Position numbers and translations under genes: made by a program. A stretch of DNA of 63,915 nt, filler included, from Saprolegnia diclina VS20 (lineage: Eukaryota): the NCBI RefSeq assembly GCF_000281045.1. It is 5 parts of 3 records of this genome, joined end to end, with 100 filler letters (N's around TTAATTAATTAA, not from the genome) between each part and the next. Parts side by side here need not be neighbours in the genome. Positions count along the whole stretch, not along the records: positions 1 to 19,311 come from NW_008246225.1; 4 more parts are not named here. The stretch is one strand, 5' to 3'. Shown piece by piece: positions 1 to 10,711 of this stretch. The notes beneath the pieces are model-generated. The model saw nothing but the letters and a program-made list of their open reading frames with translations. It did not search any database and was not told the DNA's origin. Within the stretch, counting starts at the first letter, position 1. Each line of letters starts with the position of its first letter.

Positions 1-359
1 AGTACCTGCACGTCGGTCGGGGCAGGATCATGGCGGTAGTCCCTCGTGGTAGGAGAAACTCCTTCACCCGCGGCCGGACTCATAGTTGCGTCGGCAACAG
101 CGCCGGCTCGCCAGGCTCTTGTCTAGTGGCACCAGAGCCCTTGCGGCCCCAAGTGAGGTACGCATAATATATGTATAATACGCTTGTTGATCGTGAGGTT
201 TGATCTCAACGGTCCGCTAGCTAATCATACAATTGTATCCTGTCCCTGTACCTGACCATTTCCGACCTGTCAGTGTCAAGTCGTGTCATGCATAATTTGA
301 CGTCCGCTACCACGAGGGACTACCGCCATGATCCTGCCCCGACCGACGTGCAGGTACTG
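1..359. mobile_element. MITE with >=52-bp perfect terminal inverted repeats, probably Tc1/mariner/pogo-derived
   Basis: Bases 1-52 are the exact reverse complement of 307-358. The right end reads ...GTACTG followed by TA (360-361), which fits CAGT termini and a TA target site. There is no internal ORF. The left terminus is cut by the window edge. Confidence 0.8.
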
Positions 360-451
360 TACAAACTCGCAGCAGTACCAGTAGCAACACCGTTTACACT
401 TAAACTATTTACGAAAATACGAGTATATTTATGACACCATTCAAAAATCGC

Positions 452-1483
452 TTAGTTGAAAGGCTTGAACGCAACCTTGTCGTTGCTCATGTTGGCCGAG
501 TAGTCCTGGAATGCCGCCGCAGCTTCCTCGAGCGGGTAAGCGACGCGAATCTTGGTCTGGAACGTGCTCGTGAGCGCGTTCGCGACCTTGCCGACCATCT
601 CGACCATGCCGGCGCCACGCTGGCCAAGGTACTTGACGAGCCAGAAGCCCGACACCTTCTTGTTGAGGAAGATCAAGTCGCGCGGGCTCACACCCTTGAC
701 ACCTTCGCCCGAAAGCGCGCCGTACACAAAGAGCTCCGAGTTGGCCGGCATGGCCGAAAGCACCGCGCCCGACGTCGCACCGCCCACAGCGTCAAACCCG
801 ATCGTGGCGTCAAGTTCCGTCGCAAGCTTCTCCAGCTGCGCGACCCAATCGGCGTTGGACGTGTCGACAATGTACTCGGCACCAATGTCCTTGAGCGTGT
901 CGACCTGCTCCTGGCGACGCACGACCGCAATAACGTTGACGCCCTGGTCCTTGGCGTGGCGCACGAGCATCTTGCCGAGGGCCGAGGCGCCGGCCGTGTG
1001 CACAATGGTCTTGACGTTCTTGGCGAGGGCCGTCTCGACAAATGCGACGACGGTGAGAGGGTTCACAAAGCACGACGCGCCATCTTCGAACGTCGTCTCG
1101 GGCGTCAGCGGGATGCACGAAGCGGCCGAGACAGCAACGTACTCGGCCCACATACCGGCAGGGTTGGCGACCGTACCGACGCGCTTGCCGATGAGCGACT
1201 GGGCGTAGGGGCTGTCGCCCGCCGCGACGACGGTGCCGGAGCCCTCACCGCCCGTGACCTGCGGGAGCGGCATCTCACCAAAGTCGCCGTAGGCGCCCTG
1301 GAGCTGGGAGAGGTTGGACGGGTTGATAGGGCTGCAGGCGACCTTGACGAGCACCTGGTCGGCGCTGAGGACCGGCACGGGGACGCTCTGGACCTCGAAG
1401 CACGAGGCGAGGTCGGGCTGGGTGAAGCTCTTGACGCGCTCGACGAGCATCAAAGCGCGCATCGTGGACGGAACCGCAGACAT
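452..1483 (-). CDS. MDR-superfamily NAD(P)H-dependent oxidoreductase (quinone/enoyl-reductase-like, probably Zn-independent), copy 1
   Basis: Intronless 343-aa ORF with SPINPS, GGEGSG, CFVNPLT, AGASALGKM, FDAVGG and YGALSG motifs. The ADH GHE zinc motif is absent. Confidence 0.9.
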   Translation of the reverse strand: MSAVPSTMRALMLVERVKSFTQPDLASCFEVQSVPVPVLSADQVLVKVACSPINPSNLSQLQGAYGDFGEMPLPQVTGGEGSGTVVAAGDSPYAQSLIGKRVGTVANPAGMWAEYVAVSAASCIPLTPETTFEDGASCFVNPLTVVAFVETALAKNVKTIVHTAGASALGKMLVRHAKDQGVNVIAVVRRQEQVDTLKDIGAEYIVDTSNADWVAQLEKLATELDATIGFDAVGGATSGAVLSAMPANSELFVYGALSGEGVKGVSPRDLIFLNKKVSGFWLVKYLGQRGAGMVEMVGKVANALTSTFQTKIRVAYPLEEAAAAFQDYSANMSNDKVAFKPFN

Positions 1484-1513
1484 GGTGTTGGAGAAGGAAG
1501 GTGGTCGTTGAAA

Positions 1514-1531
1514 GACAATTGGGAAATGAGC
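1514..1531 (-). promoter_or_regulatory. Oomycete Inr/FPR core promoter
   Basis: The minus strand reads GCTCATTTCCCAATTGTC about 30 nt upstream of the MDR1 ATG, matching the GCTCATTYYNCAWTT consensus. Confidence 0.65.
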
Positions 1532-1763
1532 TGCAGAACGTACGCGTACGCGGCCGTTGACGGTTTACGTTGGCGGCGCGTGGACGAATCCAACGGGCGG
1601 CCGTCTTCGGATTCCTTCGCAAGTGCGTAATTTGCGTGGTTAACTCAACATGACGTGCGTGGCAGTCTTGCCGTGATCACGAATCACCGACAATGGACAA
1701 AGCTCAAGCCACCAGGGTGGCTTTCTTCGTATGCGGCATATGCCGCAAATACCGGATACCCAC

Positions 1764-2930
1764 ATGGCAGCGGACTTGGCACGGCTCCTGGAGGTGCTCG
1801 ACGCGATCTCGGCGGATCTCAGCGCACGGACCGCGCTCCTTGATGACCAGTGTAGCAGTCTGAAAGCCTCACTTTGCTATTGCTCGTCGTCGTGGCAGCT
1901 CAAGAAACGCGTGCAAGAACAGGCAGAGGCGGCCAAAAATGAAGAGGACCAGCTCCAGCGCGCGGTGGCCCACGCCGAGTCGGCGCTGGAAGAGGCGCTC
2001 AAGCGGGCCAAGTCCATTCGGGGTGCGACTGCCAAGTGCACGCCGTTGAAAGAAGCAGCAGAGCCAGCTCCGTCCTCGATGTCGACTAAAGCCGAACCGG
2101 CCTCCCCAGCTCCTGGCGCGCTTCCCCGCAAAATGACGAGCCAGATCAAGGACGTCCAAGACATGGCGCTGCTGTGGTGCGGACGCGATGCGCCACCAAC
2201 CGTCGCTGCTGGAAAACTCAACCAGATCTTAGCACAGCGAGACTCGGCCTCGTCGGCCGTCCCGATCCGCATCTCGTACCGTGACCAGCTCGAGCGCATC
2301 CAGCAAGCGTATGCTTGCGTCCTGCACGTCCTTGAAACCAAGTGCACGAGCTACGCCGCGGAGGCATCACCCAGTCTCCCGACAGTCTTTCCCACTTGGT
2401 TTCGCCTCAATAGGGTCAAGCAGCTTCTTGCGGCCCTGAATGCAGAGCTCGCAGCGTGCCTTCAACGGATACCGCCACCCCCCGTGCTCTCCAAGGTGAC
2501 CCACTAGATTAGGCAGCCAACATCTTGCATTGATTGTCGCTGCCCTTTGTAGCGAGCGGCTGCGCGCACTCAGACATTCCTGCAGGCGATTGCACGCAAT
2601 CCGCAACACACTGTCGACAATGCGCCACTCCATCGCGAGAACGATGCAAGCTCCGGGATCTACAACAAGCTTCAAGCAGCATGGCGTGCGGACAAGGCGC
2701 CGCTGGTCGAGGCGCCAGCGTATACAGGCGCCATCGACAGCATTGCTTGCGAGCATGTGTGCAAGCACCTCGTCCCGCCACTGCAAGAGCGACTCCATGC
2801 CACTGCGACTGTCGAGTCCGATCTGTACGAAATCGATAGCGTGGCGTTGCTTCGCCTATTGCACTCGCTGACCTGCTGCGATGGCCTCGATATGCGCAGT
2901 GTGATTTCGCATGACGACGAGGCGATGTAG
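1764..2930 (+). CDS. TEDC2-like (tubulin epsilon/delta complex protein 2) coiled-coil protein; intron 2496-2552
   Basis: LEEALKRAKSIRG and the spliced C-terminus ALLRLLHSLTCCDG resemble recalled TEDC2 motifs (ALEKAVRVRRG; RAVHSLLCEGG). A phase-0 GT-AG intron joins two open exons ending at TAG 2928-2930. Confidence 0.55.
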
Positions 2931-2961
2931 AGTACAAAATCATATATAAATACAACGATGT

Positions 2962-3324
2962 TTAAGCCGCCGACGACGTGAACTTGGTCACGGCCTTCGT
3001 GCCCTCCGAGACGGCGTGCTTGGCGAGCTCACCGGGAAGCATGAGGCGCACGGCAGTCTGGATCTCACGCGAGGACAAGGTCGACTTCTTGTTGTAGCGC
3101 GAGAGCTTGCCGGCCTCGGACGCAATGCGCTCAAAGATGTCGTTGATGAACGAGTTCATGATCGACATGCCACGCTTGGAGATACCGGTCTCGGGGTGGA
3201 CCTGCTTGAGGACCTTGTAGATGTACGTCGAGTACGATTCCACGCGCTTGCCCTTCTTGGCCTTGCCCTTCTCACCCGTCTTCTTCGGGGCCTTAGCGGA
3301 CTTCTTGCTCGGGGTCTTTGCCAT
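2962..3324 (-). CDS. H2B: Histone H2B
   Basis: [40 protein letters not shown]...[16 protein letters not shown]; 120 aa from the ATG at 3324. Confidence 0.98.
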   Translation of the reverse strand: MAKTPSKKSAKAPKKTGEKGKAKKGKRVESYSTYIYKVLKQVHPETGISKRGMSIMNSFINDIFERIASEAGKLSRYNKKSTLSSREIQTAVRLMLPGELAKHAVSEGTKAVTKFTSSAA

Positions 3325-3369
3325 CTTGTGCGTTTGTCCGGGGAAAATCTGGAATGGTCCTCCCTGGTG

Positions 3370-3482
3370 ACATTGGGCCGTTCTTGCTGGTGGTGGGCCC
3401 GTAAAGCCGTGATTTGATTGGCACATGCCCATGATTGGCGGAATTTTTAGCGCCGATTGCCGCGAACGCATCTCATTGGCCA
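3370..3482 (-). promoter_or_regulatory. Cluster of CCAAT boxes upstream of H2B
   Basis: Four ATTGG (CCAAT on the gene strand) near 3372, 3417, 3434 and 3475, typical of histone promoters. Confidence 0.5.
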
Positions 3483-4348
3483 AAGCGATTCAGAGAGCGG
3501 ATTTTGCCGCGGCTCGGGTTTGCTTTGTCCACTTTGCTCACGAGCAAACAACCAAACCCATCAAGCATATACGCCGTATATGCTTGAAGGTACTATTCTA
3601 GCACCATTGTTATACTGCTTCGTGCTGCAAAAGTCAGTTCTTCCGAGGCGCACAAGGAAGAAACAACAGATTGCAGATGCTCAATGGCCAGCGACAGCAT
3701 AAGCTAGCGCGTGAACGGTAACACTAGGATTCCCTTGACCTTGCGAATTTATTGGCATGACAATGCTTGAGAACCATGTTCTAGAAACTGGTGGCTCGTG
3801 ATACCTTTGCACCGTCCATGTGTATGTGTCCCCGACGAGAGCATCTAAACTACGACACTCCTATCAACGAGATCCCTGGCGCTCGATTCGAATGGAGCTT
3901 TACGGCTACCATTAAGTCAAGTATTATAGCACGCGACGCATTTGCATTTTGCCTTTTATCATGCAACGCAATCTCGCTGCCATCCCAACCCAGCAGGAGG
4001 CAACAGACTACTACAACATTCGACTTGATGTATCGCTCGATAGGACGACGCAGTGCCGCGTAGCGCGAACGAGATAGATGCATGCTGCACTACGTCGCAA
4101 TGGCGCTAAGTAGAGCTCCTCGTCCGTATTAGATTATTGTAGCTCCGTCCATGTGATGCTTCCCGGGGATGGTCCCTGCCGTCCGTGTCCTCTGGTGCCG
4201 AATCCTACAATACAAAATCCAAGTGAAAGCCGAAGAAATCTTTGGCGTGTCGCAAAAGCCGATGCTTTGTCCACCGCTCGCCGATCGTAATCCCGCTTTT
4301 CAGGGCAGCCCCAACAAGTCACTTTTCCTTTTCCTTTCATCCGAAACG

Positions 4349-5368
4349 ATGACCACGATCCCGACCACGATGCGCGCGCTCATGCTTGTGGAGCGCGTGA
4401 AGGACTTTGCCCAGCCCAACCTCGCGGCGTGTTTTGAAGTCCAGCAGATCCCCGTTCCGACGCCGGCGGCGACCGAAGTGCTCGTCAAGGTCGCGGCGAG
4501 CCCCATCAACCCGTCCAACTTTTCCCAGCTCCAAGGCTACTACGGCAACTTTGGCTCGATCCCGCTGCCGCAAGTGACTGGCGTCGAAGGCTCCGGCGTC
4601 GTTGTCGCGGCTGGCGCCAACGCGCAGCACCTTCTCGGCAAGCGCATTGGCACGATCGTCGACCCGGCGGGCATGTGGGCCGAGTACGTGGTTGTCCCTG
4701 CGCACTCGTGCATCGAGCTCCCGGAAGACGCCTCGTTCGAGGACGGCGCGTCGTGCTTTATCAACCCGCTCACGGTCGTCGCGTTTGTCGAGATTGCCGT
4801 CAAGCGCAACGTCAAGGCCATCGTGCACACGGCCGGCGCCTCGGCCCTCGGCAAAATGCTCGTGCGCCACGCCAAGGAACACAACATCGCGGTCATTGCG
4901 GTCGTCCGTCGCCAAGAGCACGTCGACACACTCCGTGCGATGGGCGCCGAGCATATTGTCAACACGGCGCACGCTGACTGGACGCAGGCGCTCGAGAAGC
5001 TCACGACGGAGCTCGGCGCGACAATTGGCTTTGACGCGATTGGCGGCGCGACGTCGGGTGCGGTCCTCTCGGCGATGCCGACCAATTCGGAGCTCTTTGT
5101 GTACGGCGCGCTCTCGGGCGAAGGTGCTAGCGGTGTCAGCCCGCGCGACCTCATCTTCCTCAACAAGACGCTCAACGGTTTCTGGGTCGAGCAGTACTTG
5201 GTCGAGCGCGGGGCTGGCGTCGCCGAGATGATGGCCAAGGTCGCCAAGGGCCTCACAACGACGTTCAAGACGAACGTCCGCATCGCGTACCCGCTCGAAG
5301 AGGCCGCGGCCGCGTTGCTAGATTACGCTGGCAACATGAGCAACGACAAGGTCATCTTCAAGCCGTAA
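4349..5368 (+). CDS. MDR-superfamily oxidoreductase, copy 2 (paralog of 452-1483)
   Basis: MTTIPTTMRALMLVERVK... is colinear and highly similar to copy 1 over its full length; intronless. Confidence 0.9.
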   Translation: MTTIPTTMRALMLVERVKDFAQPNLAACFEVQQIPVPTPAATEVLVKVAASPINPSNFSQLQGYYGNFGSIPLPQVTGVEGSGVVVAAGANAQHLLGKRIGTIVDPAGMWAEYVVVPAHSCIELPEDASFEDGASCFINPLTVVAFVEIAVKRNVKAIVHTAGASALGKMLVRHAKEHNIAVIAVVRRQEHVDTLRAMGAEHIVNTAHADWTQALEKLTTELGATIGFDAIGGATSGAVLSAMPTNSELFVYGALSGEGASGVSPRDLIFLNKTLNGFWVEQYLVERGAGVAEMMAKVAKGLTTTFKTNVRIAYPLEEAAAALLDYAGNMSNDKVIFKP

Positions 5369-5643
5369 TGATGTTGTACCTCGAAGAATACACTAGTTTT
5401 AGCCTTTGGATGTATATCCCTTCTGCAAGTAGCTCTGGCCTCGACTGAAAGATGGACCATGCATGCATCGGCCGTCGCCGATCGTGGCGATCGATCCGTT
5501 GGGTGTGATTAGAATAGGCTCATCTAGGCATGTACTAGGTCATGTCCTGATTTCAAGGCGTCGCCATTTTCGACGCTTTTTGTCCAATCCGGGGCCGCCA
5601 CTGGTTGTGTGGGGCGCAGACCGACGAAAGATCGGACGCGACC

Positions 5644-6618
5644 ATGGACGCCCAACGCGCGCTCCTCGACGAGCTCATGGGCCGGAACCGCGATGGCGAC
5701 AAGCCGCAGGAAGACATCCGCGACTTCCGCGACCAGCGCGTCTGCAAGCGCTTCCTCTGCGGCCTCTGCCCGCATGACCTCTTCCAGAACACCAAGATGG
5801 ACATGGGCGAGTGCCCTAAGCTTCATCTGCCCAAGCTCAAGCTCGCGTATGAAGAAGACCGCGCCAAGAACCAACGTGACTATGGCTACGAGGCCGATCT
5901 CGAGCGAGAGCTCGTGCGCTACGTCTCGGACGTCGAGAAGAAGATCTCGCGTGCGTTGAAGCGCCTCGACGAGCAAGACGGCGCGCGCGTCTCGTCCATG
6001 CTCGACATTGAGAACAACAAGGAGGTGCTTGAGATCACGGCCGAAATCGCAGAGCTCATGCAGAAGGCCGAAGACGCTGGCAACGAAGGCGAGGTTGACT
6101 TGTCCATGGAGCTTATGGCCAAGGTCGAGGCGCTTAAGATCAAGAAGGCTGCGCTTCAAGGCGTGCCAAGCGCCGTCCTCGCGACGACTGCGGGCGCGGA
6201 TGCGTTGATGCCAGAGGTTGACGTGGCACAGGCGACCCTCATGGCCGTGCTGCCAGGTAACCCGCTGGCGATGACGAACGTCAACCAGAAGCTCCGTGTA
6301 TGTGATATGTGCGGCGCCTTCCTCAGCATCTTTGACAGCGACCGGCGCTTGGCCGACCACTTTGGCGGCAAGATGCACCTCGGCTACATGCAGATTCGAA
6401 AGAAGATTGTCGAGATGCGCGAAGCCCGTGGCAACAAAGCCCTCGACGAACCCAAACCCGTCATGGATGAGACGCCGCGCGCGAGGCCGCGCGAAAGCGA
6501 CCGACGCCGATCTCGGTCGCAGTCGCGTGACCGACGATCGTCCCGTCGCGAGCGCAGCCGAAGCCGTGACCGGCGCCGTCGCAGCCGTAGTCGTAGCCGG
6601 GATCGCCGTCGGCGCTAA
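5644..6618 (+). CDS. LUC7: LUC7-family U1 snRNP splicing factor
   Basis: MDAQRALLDELMG; zinc fingers VCKRFLCGLCPHDLFQNTK and LRVCDMCGAFLS...DHFGGKMHLGY; RS-rich tail. Confidence 0.95.
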   Translation: MDAQRALLDELMGRNRDGDKPQEDIRDFRDQRVCKRFLCGLCPHDLFQNTKMDMGECPKLHLPKLKLAYEEDRAKNQRDYGYEADLERELVRYVSDVEKKISRALKRLDEQDGARVSSMLDIENNKEVLEITAEIAELMQKAEDAGNEGEVDLSMELMAKVEALKIKKAALQGVPSAVLATTAGADALMPEVDVAQATLMAVLPGNPLAMTNVNQKLRVCDMCGAFLSIFDSDRRLADHFGGKMHLGYMQIRKKIVEMREARGNKALDEPKPVMDETPRARPRESDRRRSRSQSRDRRSSRRERSRSRDRRRRSRSRSRDRRRR

Positions 6619-6974
6619 GATCTAAGCGTGACAATGCATATCCTTGACCACGGCGTGAGCCACGGCCACCTCGACTGACATATATGGGACCACCGGGACA
6701 GGCAGGAAATGTGCTCAAGTTGAAGTTGCAGGGAAACTTCTTGCTGGGCTTGAGCGTACATGTAGCAACACGTCTTGGGGTGCAAGCGCAGGACGCCAGT
6801 CGCGTTATTTACTTTTACAGACTTGTGCGAGGACGTGGAGATGGCACCGACTCGAGTCTAGTGTTCGTTCCTCTCCCAACCGACCAGCCTAATTTATTGG
6901 AATTAAATTTCGTTTTTCGCTAAAATTAGCGCTTTTTTGTCGAAGCACTTGCGAGTTTGCTCTTCTTTGCGACA

Positions 6975-9900
6975 ATGGAGGACTGCGTGCATGTGTGCGT
7001 CCGGATCCGGCCCGTCCTCGGCAAGAAGGAGCCGAGAGGCGCCGAGCCGATCCCGGGCGCCAACTGCGTGCGCGTGCCTCCGACGAATGGCGCGGCGCCG
7101 ACGCAGCTCATCGTCGGCAAGGACCGGCCGTTCACGTTCGACACGATCCTGACGCCGGACGCTAACCAGGCCAAGCTCTACGACGCGTCCGTGGCGTCGC
7201 TCGTCGCCAAGTTTATGGAGGTACCACCACTTCGTTCATTGACATTAGCGACAGCGAGCTTAGGGCTACAACGCGACCGTGCTCGCGTATGGCCAAACGG
7301 GCAGCGGCAAAACCCACACGATGAGCGGCGGCGCTGCCTACAGCACCAAGATTGACGAGAGCCATGGCGTCATTCCGCGCGCGGTCTGCCATGTCTTTCG
7401 CTGCATGCAAGAACTCAAGCACGTACGATGACCACCCTCACGTTGCGTATCTGAACCGAAGCTCGATGTAGGTCAAAGAGTTTCTCCTGCGCGTCGAGTA
7501 CCTAGAGATTTACAACGAAGAGCTTCGCGACTTGCTGCACCCTGAGACGTCGTCCAAGGTGCGGTTCCAGTTGTCGTCCAGCCATATCGATTCCATGTAG
7601 CAACTCTCGATCCGCGAAGATGCGAACGGTCACATTGTCGTTGCCGGCGCACAGTCGCGCGCGGTGCAGACACCAGACGACGTCATGCGACTGCTCTCGA
7701 TGGGCACAGGCGCACGCGTCACGGGCAGCACCAACATGAACGAGCAGTCGAGCCGGTCGCACGCGATCTTCACGCTCATGCTGCAGCAGCGCGACCTGGG
7801 GACGGGCGAATTCACGCTTGCCAAGTTCCACCTCGTCGACTTGGCCGGCTCGGAGCGTGCCAAGCGCACAGGCGCTGTTGGCGGGCGTTTCAAAGTACCG
7901 TACATGACGTGGCAGCACCATGGCTCACCATTTTGCGTAGGAGTCCATCAACATCAACCAAGGGCTCCTTGCGCTCGGGAACGTGATTAGCGCGCTCGGT
8001 GACGAAGCCAAGAAGAAGCTGCACGTGCCCTACCGCGACTCGAAGCTGACGCGCCTCCTCCAAGACTCGCTCGGAGGCAATTCCACCACGCTCATGATTG
8101 CGTGTGTGAGTCCGGCGGCGTCCAATTTCGAAGAGACGCTCAACACGCTCAAGTACGCGAATCGGGCCAAGAACATCAAGAACCGCCCGGTCGTCAACCA
8201 TGTGGTCGAGAACGAGCAAGCGTCGATGATTGCTCGCATGAAGTCGGAAATCCAAGAGCTCCAGACGCAGCTCCAGCAGCAAGGCGAGACCGAACCGGAG
8301 GACTCGTGGCGGCAAAAGCTGGACGCGGAAACGCAGACGGCGCGGCACTACAAGCGCCTTCTTCGCGAGGCCAAAGTGTGCGCCAAGGACGCCGCGACAA
8401 CGCTTGTCTCGCTCGAGCGCGACGTCAAGACGTTGGGCCGGCCCGTGCAGCAGCGCCTCAACGACGTGGTCAAGGCGCTCAATGCGATTTTGCTCTTATC
8501 ACCGCCGACGAATCGGCATGAAATCGACACGGACCAGGCCCACGCCGAAATCCTCGCGCTCAAAGAGAAGCTCAAGCAAGATGTTGAGATCTTCAACCAC
8601 AAGGCCAAGGACATGGAAGCGCTCCAGCAGCTCATGCTCAAGATGAAGGCCGAGTTCGACACCACGGTGCTCGTCAACCAGCAGCTGCAGGCGGCCAACG
8701 CTGCGCTCGAGGCCCGCGTGCAAGCGATGCGCGCCGACGCAAGCAACATGTCGGCGAAAACGTCGCCCGATCGCCTTTTGCGAGCCAAGCGAGACGAGGC
8801 TGTCAAGAGCCTCTTTCGCCAGCGCCACCAGCCAGCTGACGATGACGACGACTGCGTGCTCATTGACGAAGACGACAACAACAACCACCACCACGAGGTG
8901 TCACTTCCTCACACACAGAGATGCCGAGACTCATGTCTCTTTCACTAGGGCAAGGACACGGAGGTGCCCACGATGCCAAGTCCGGTACGTCTCTTGCATG
9001 GACTCGATAGGACTGAAGAATGACGTAGAACCAGCGGCAGCTGCCAAGTCCCATCCACCGCGTGCATTCCGCCCCGACGACAGCCCGGCGCCGGCTGGAG
9101 AAGCCGCCGTCGCCACCCAAGTCGGCCGACGCGTTGCTCGCAGCTGCGCAGAGCCTCCAGTCGCTTTTCAAGAGCCAGCTCCAAGCGGCGTTGGACGCCA
9201 AAGACGTCACGGACCAGATGGAGTCGCTCGCGCACGACAAGGAAGAAACCGAGCGTCAGATCCACGACATTGCACTGCGCAAGACAGGGCTCGAGATGGA
9301 GAAGATGCGTCAAAGGTGAAATTGAAGTGTAAATCGCGTATTTAACAGTGGATGCATCGGAATAGTTTGAGCGTCCAGCATAGTATTTCGGATCTCTCGG
9401 CGACGATTCAAGCCATGAACCAAAAGATGATGTCGCTTCCTGATGCAGACGACGTGGCCCGCTTGAAGCGCCGGAAGGAGCGCGCTGAGAAGAAGCTTGC
9501 ATTGCTCTTGGAGAAGAACGAAGCGCAGGTGCGTCCATTGTCCACTGGATAGTCAAGTTAATACATTTGCGTCGTAGGCATTCCTTGAGCCCGGCGCCCA
9601 AGACGAGCTCGCGGCGCTCGAAGAGCAGATTGAAGACCTCAACTCTCAAATTCTGTTTCAAGACGCGCAACTCGAGTCGGCCAAGTCCATATGCCCAAGC
9701 ACGAGCAAAGCAACGTCGCCGCTTGACCGTATTCTCAAGACGCTGGGCGTGCCGCGGACGGGCGACGGAAAGCTCCTTGCGTGGCTCCGTCTCTCCTGGA
9801 ACGAGGTACGGACGCAAAGACGACCGATAAGTATCTTCACATTGCACACAGCTAGTGACCCTGGCCTCGTCGGAGCGTACGTTGCAGGTTAAGATCCAGC

Positions 9901-10649
9901 AGCAAGAAGAGCTCATCACGCAGCTGTCACAGACGCGCGTGCAACTCGAGCACGGGCTTGCAGCCGCGCGCGCCGAGTACGACAGGCGCTTTGTGCAGCA
10001 GGAGGCGGCGCACGCCCAGTCGCTTCACACGATCGACGAGCTAACGATTCTTGTGGCCGAGAAACAGTCGAAGCTCGAGCAACTGAAGGACGACAAGGCG
10101 ATCGCAGACATGAGCGCGCTTCTCGCGGCCAAGCAAGCCGAGCTGGACGTTGCCAAGCGGTGCGTGCACGAGGCGGAGAAGGACAAGAAGCGTCTCGCCG
10201 AGTACGATCGGTACGTCGGCCAGCGCCAGACCGAGTGGGAGGAGCACATGGCGGCCCTCAAAGAGCAGCTGCAAGCCGCCAAAGACGAGGTTGCGCGCCT
10301 CCAGCTTACTTCGTCGCCGCCCGAGCTGACGCAGCTCCAGGCGCAATATGCGGCGCAGCAAGAATACATTGGCAGTCTTGAGAAGCACCTCGTGCTCTTC
10401 AAGACAAAAGCCAAGCAAACGCAAATGCAGCTCCAGCAACTCATCCGGGACTCGAGCCAGCAGAGCCCAGACGACGCGCGCCGCATCACGCAGCTCGAGG
10501 AGATGAACGAAACACTCATGAAGGAAAACGCGGCCATGAAGGTACACATGCACGCGGTGCGGACCAAGAGCCATAGCGACGACGTCCGCATTCGGATTCC
10601 CAAAACCGAGCTCCAAGAAGTCGACGTGGCCGGCCGCCCGACCTTGTAG
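6975..10649 (+). CDS. Kinesin-4-like (KIF4/KIF7/KIF27-type) motor with long coiled-coil tail, multi-exon
   Basis: [61 protein letters not shown] and [12 protein letters not shown] motifs are distributed across short-intron exons. Tail exon boundaries are approximate. Confidence 0.9.
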
Positions 10650-10711
10650 GATGTGCACTTTAACTAATATAATACTATAGCGACTATTGACTATTTTACG
10701 CTACGAGCTGA

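Noticed and set aside
431..1630. Long antisense ORFs (e.g. 431-1630, 5524-6378, 28483-29325, 40052-41377)
   Set aside because: Shadows of real genes on the opposite strand caused by GC-rich codon bias.
3325..3483. N-terminal extensions in the ORF track for H2B, MDR copy 2 (4169), AsnB (25985) and RWP-RK (33117)
   Set aside because: Upstream or non-ATG starts run through promoter sequence; homology supports the downstream ATGs, and AsnB needs Cys2.
8836..8896. GAC/AAC/CAC triplet run
   Set aside because: Low-complexity D/N/H linker within the kinesin exon.
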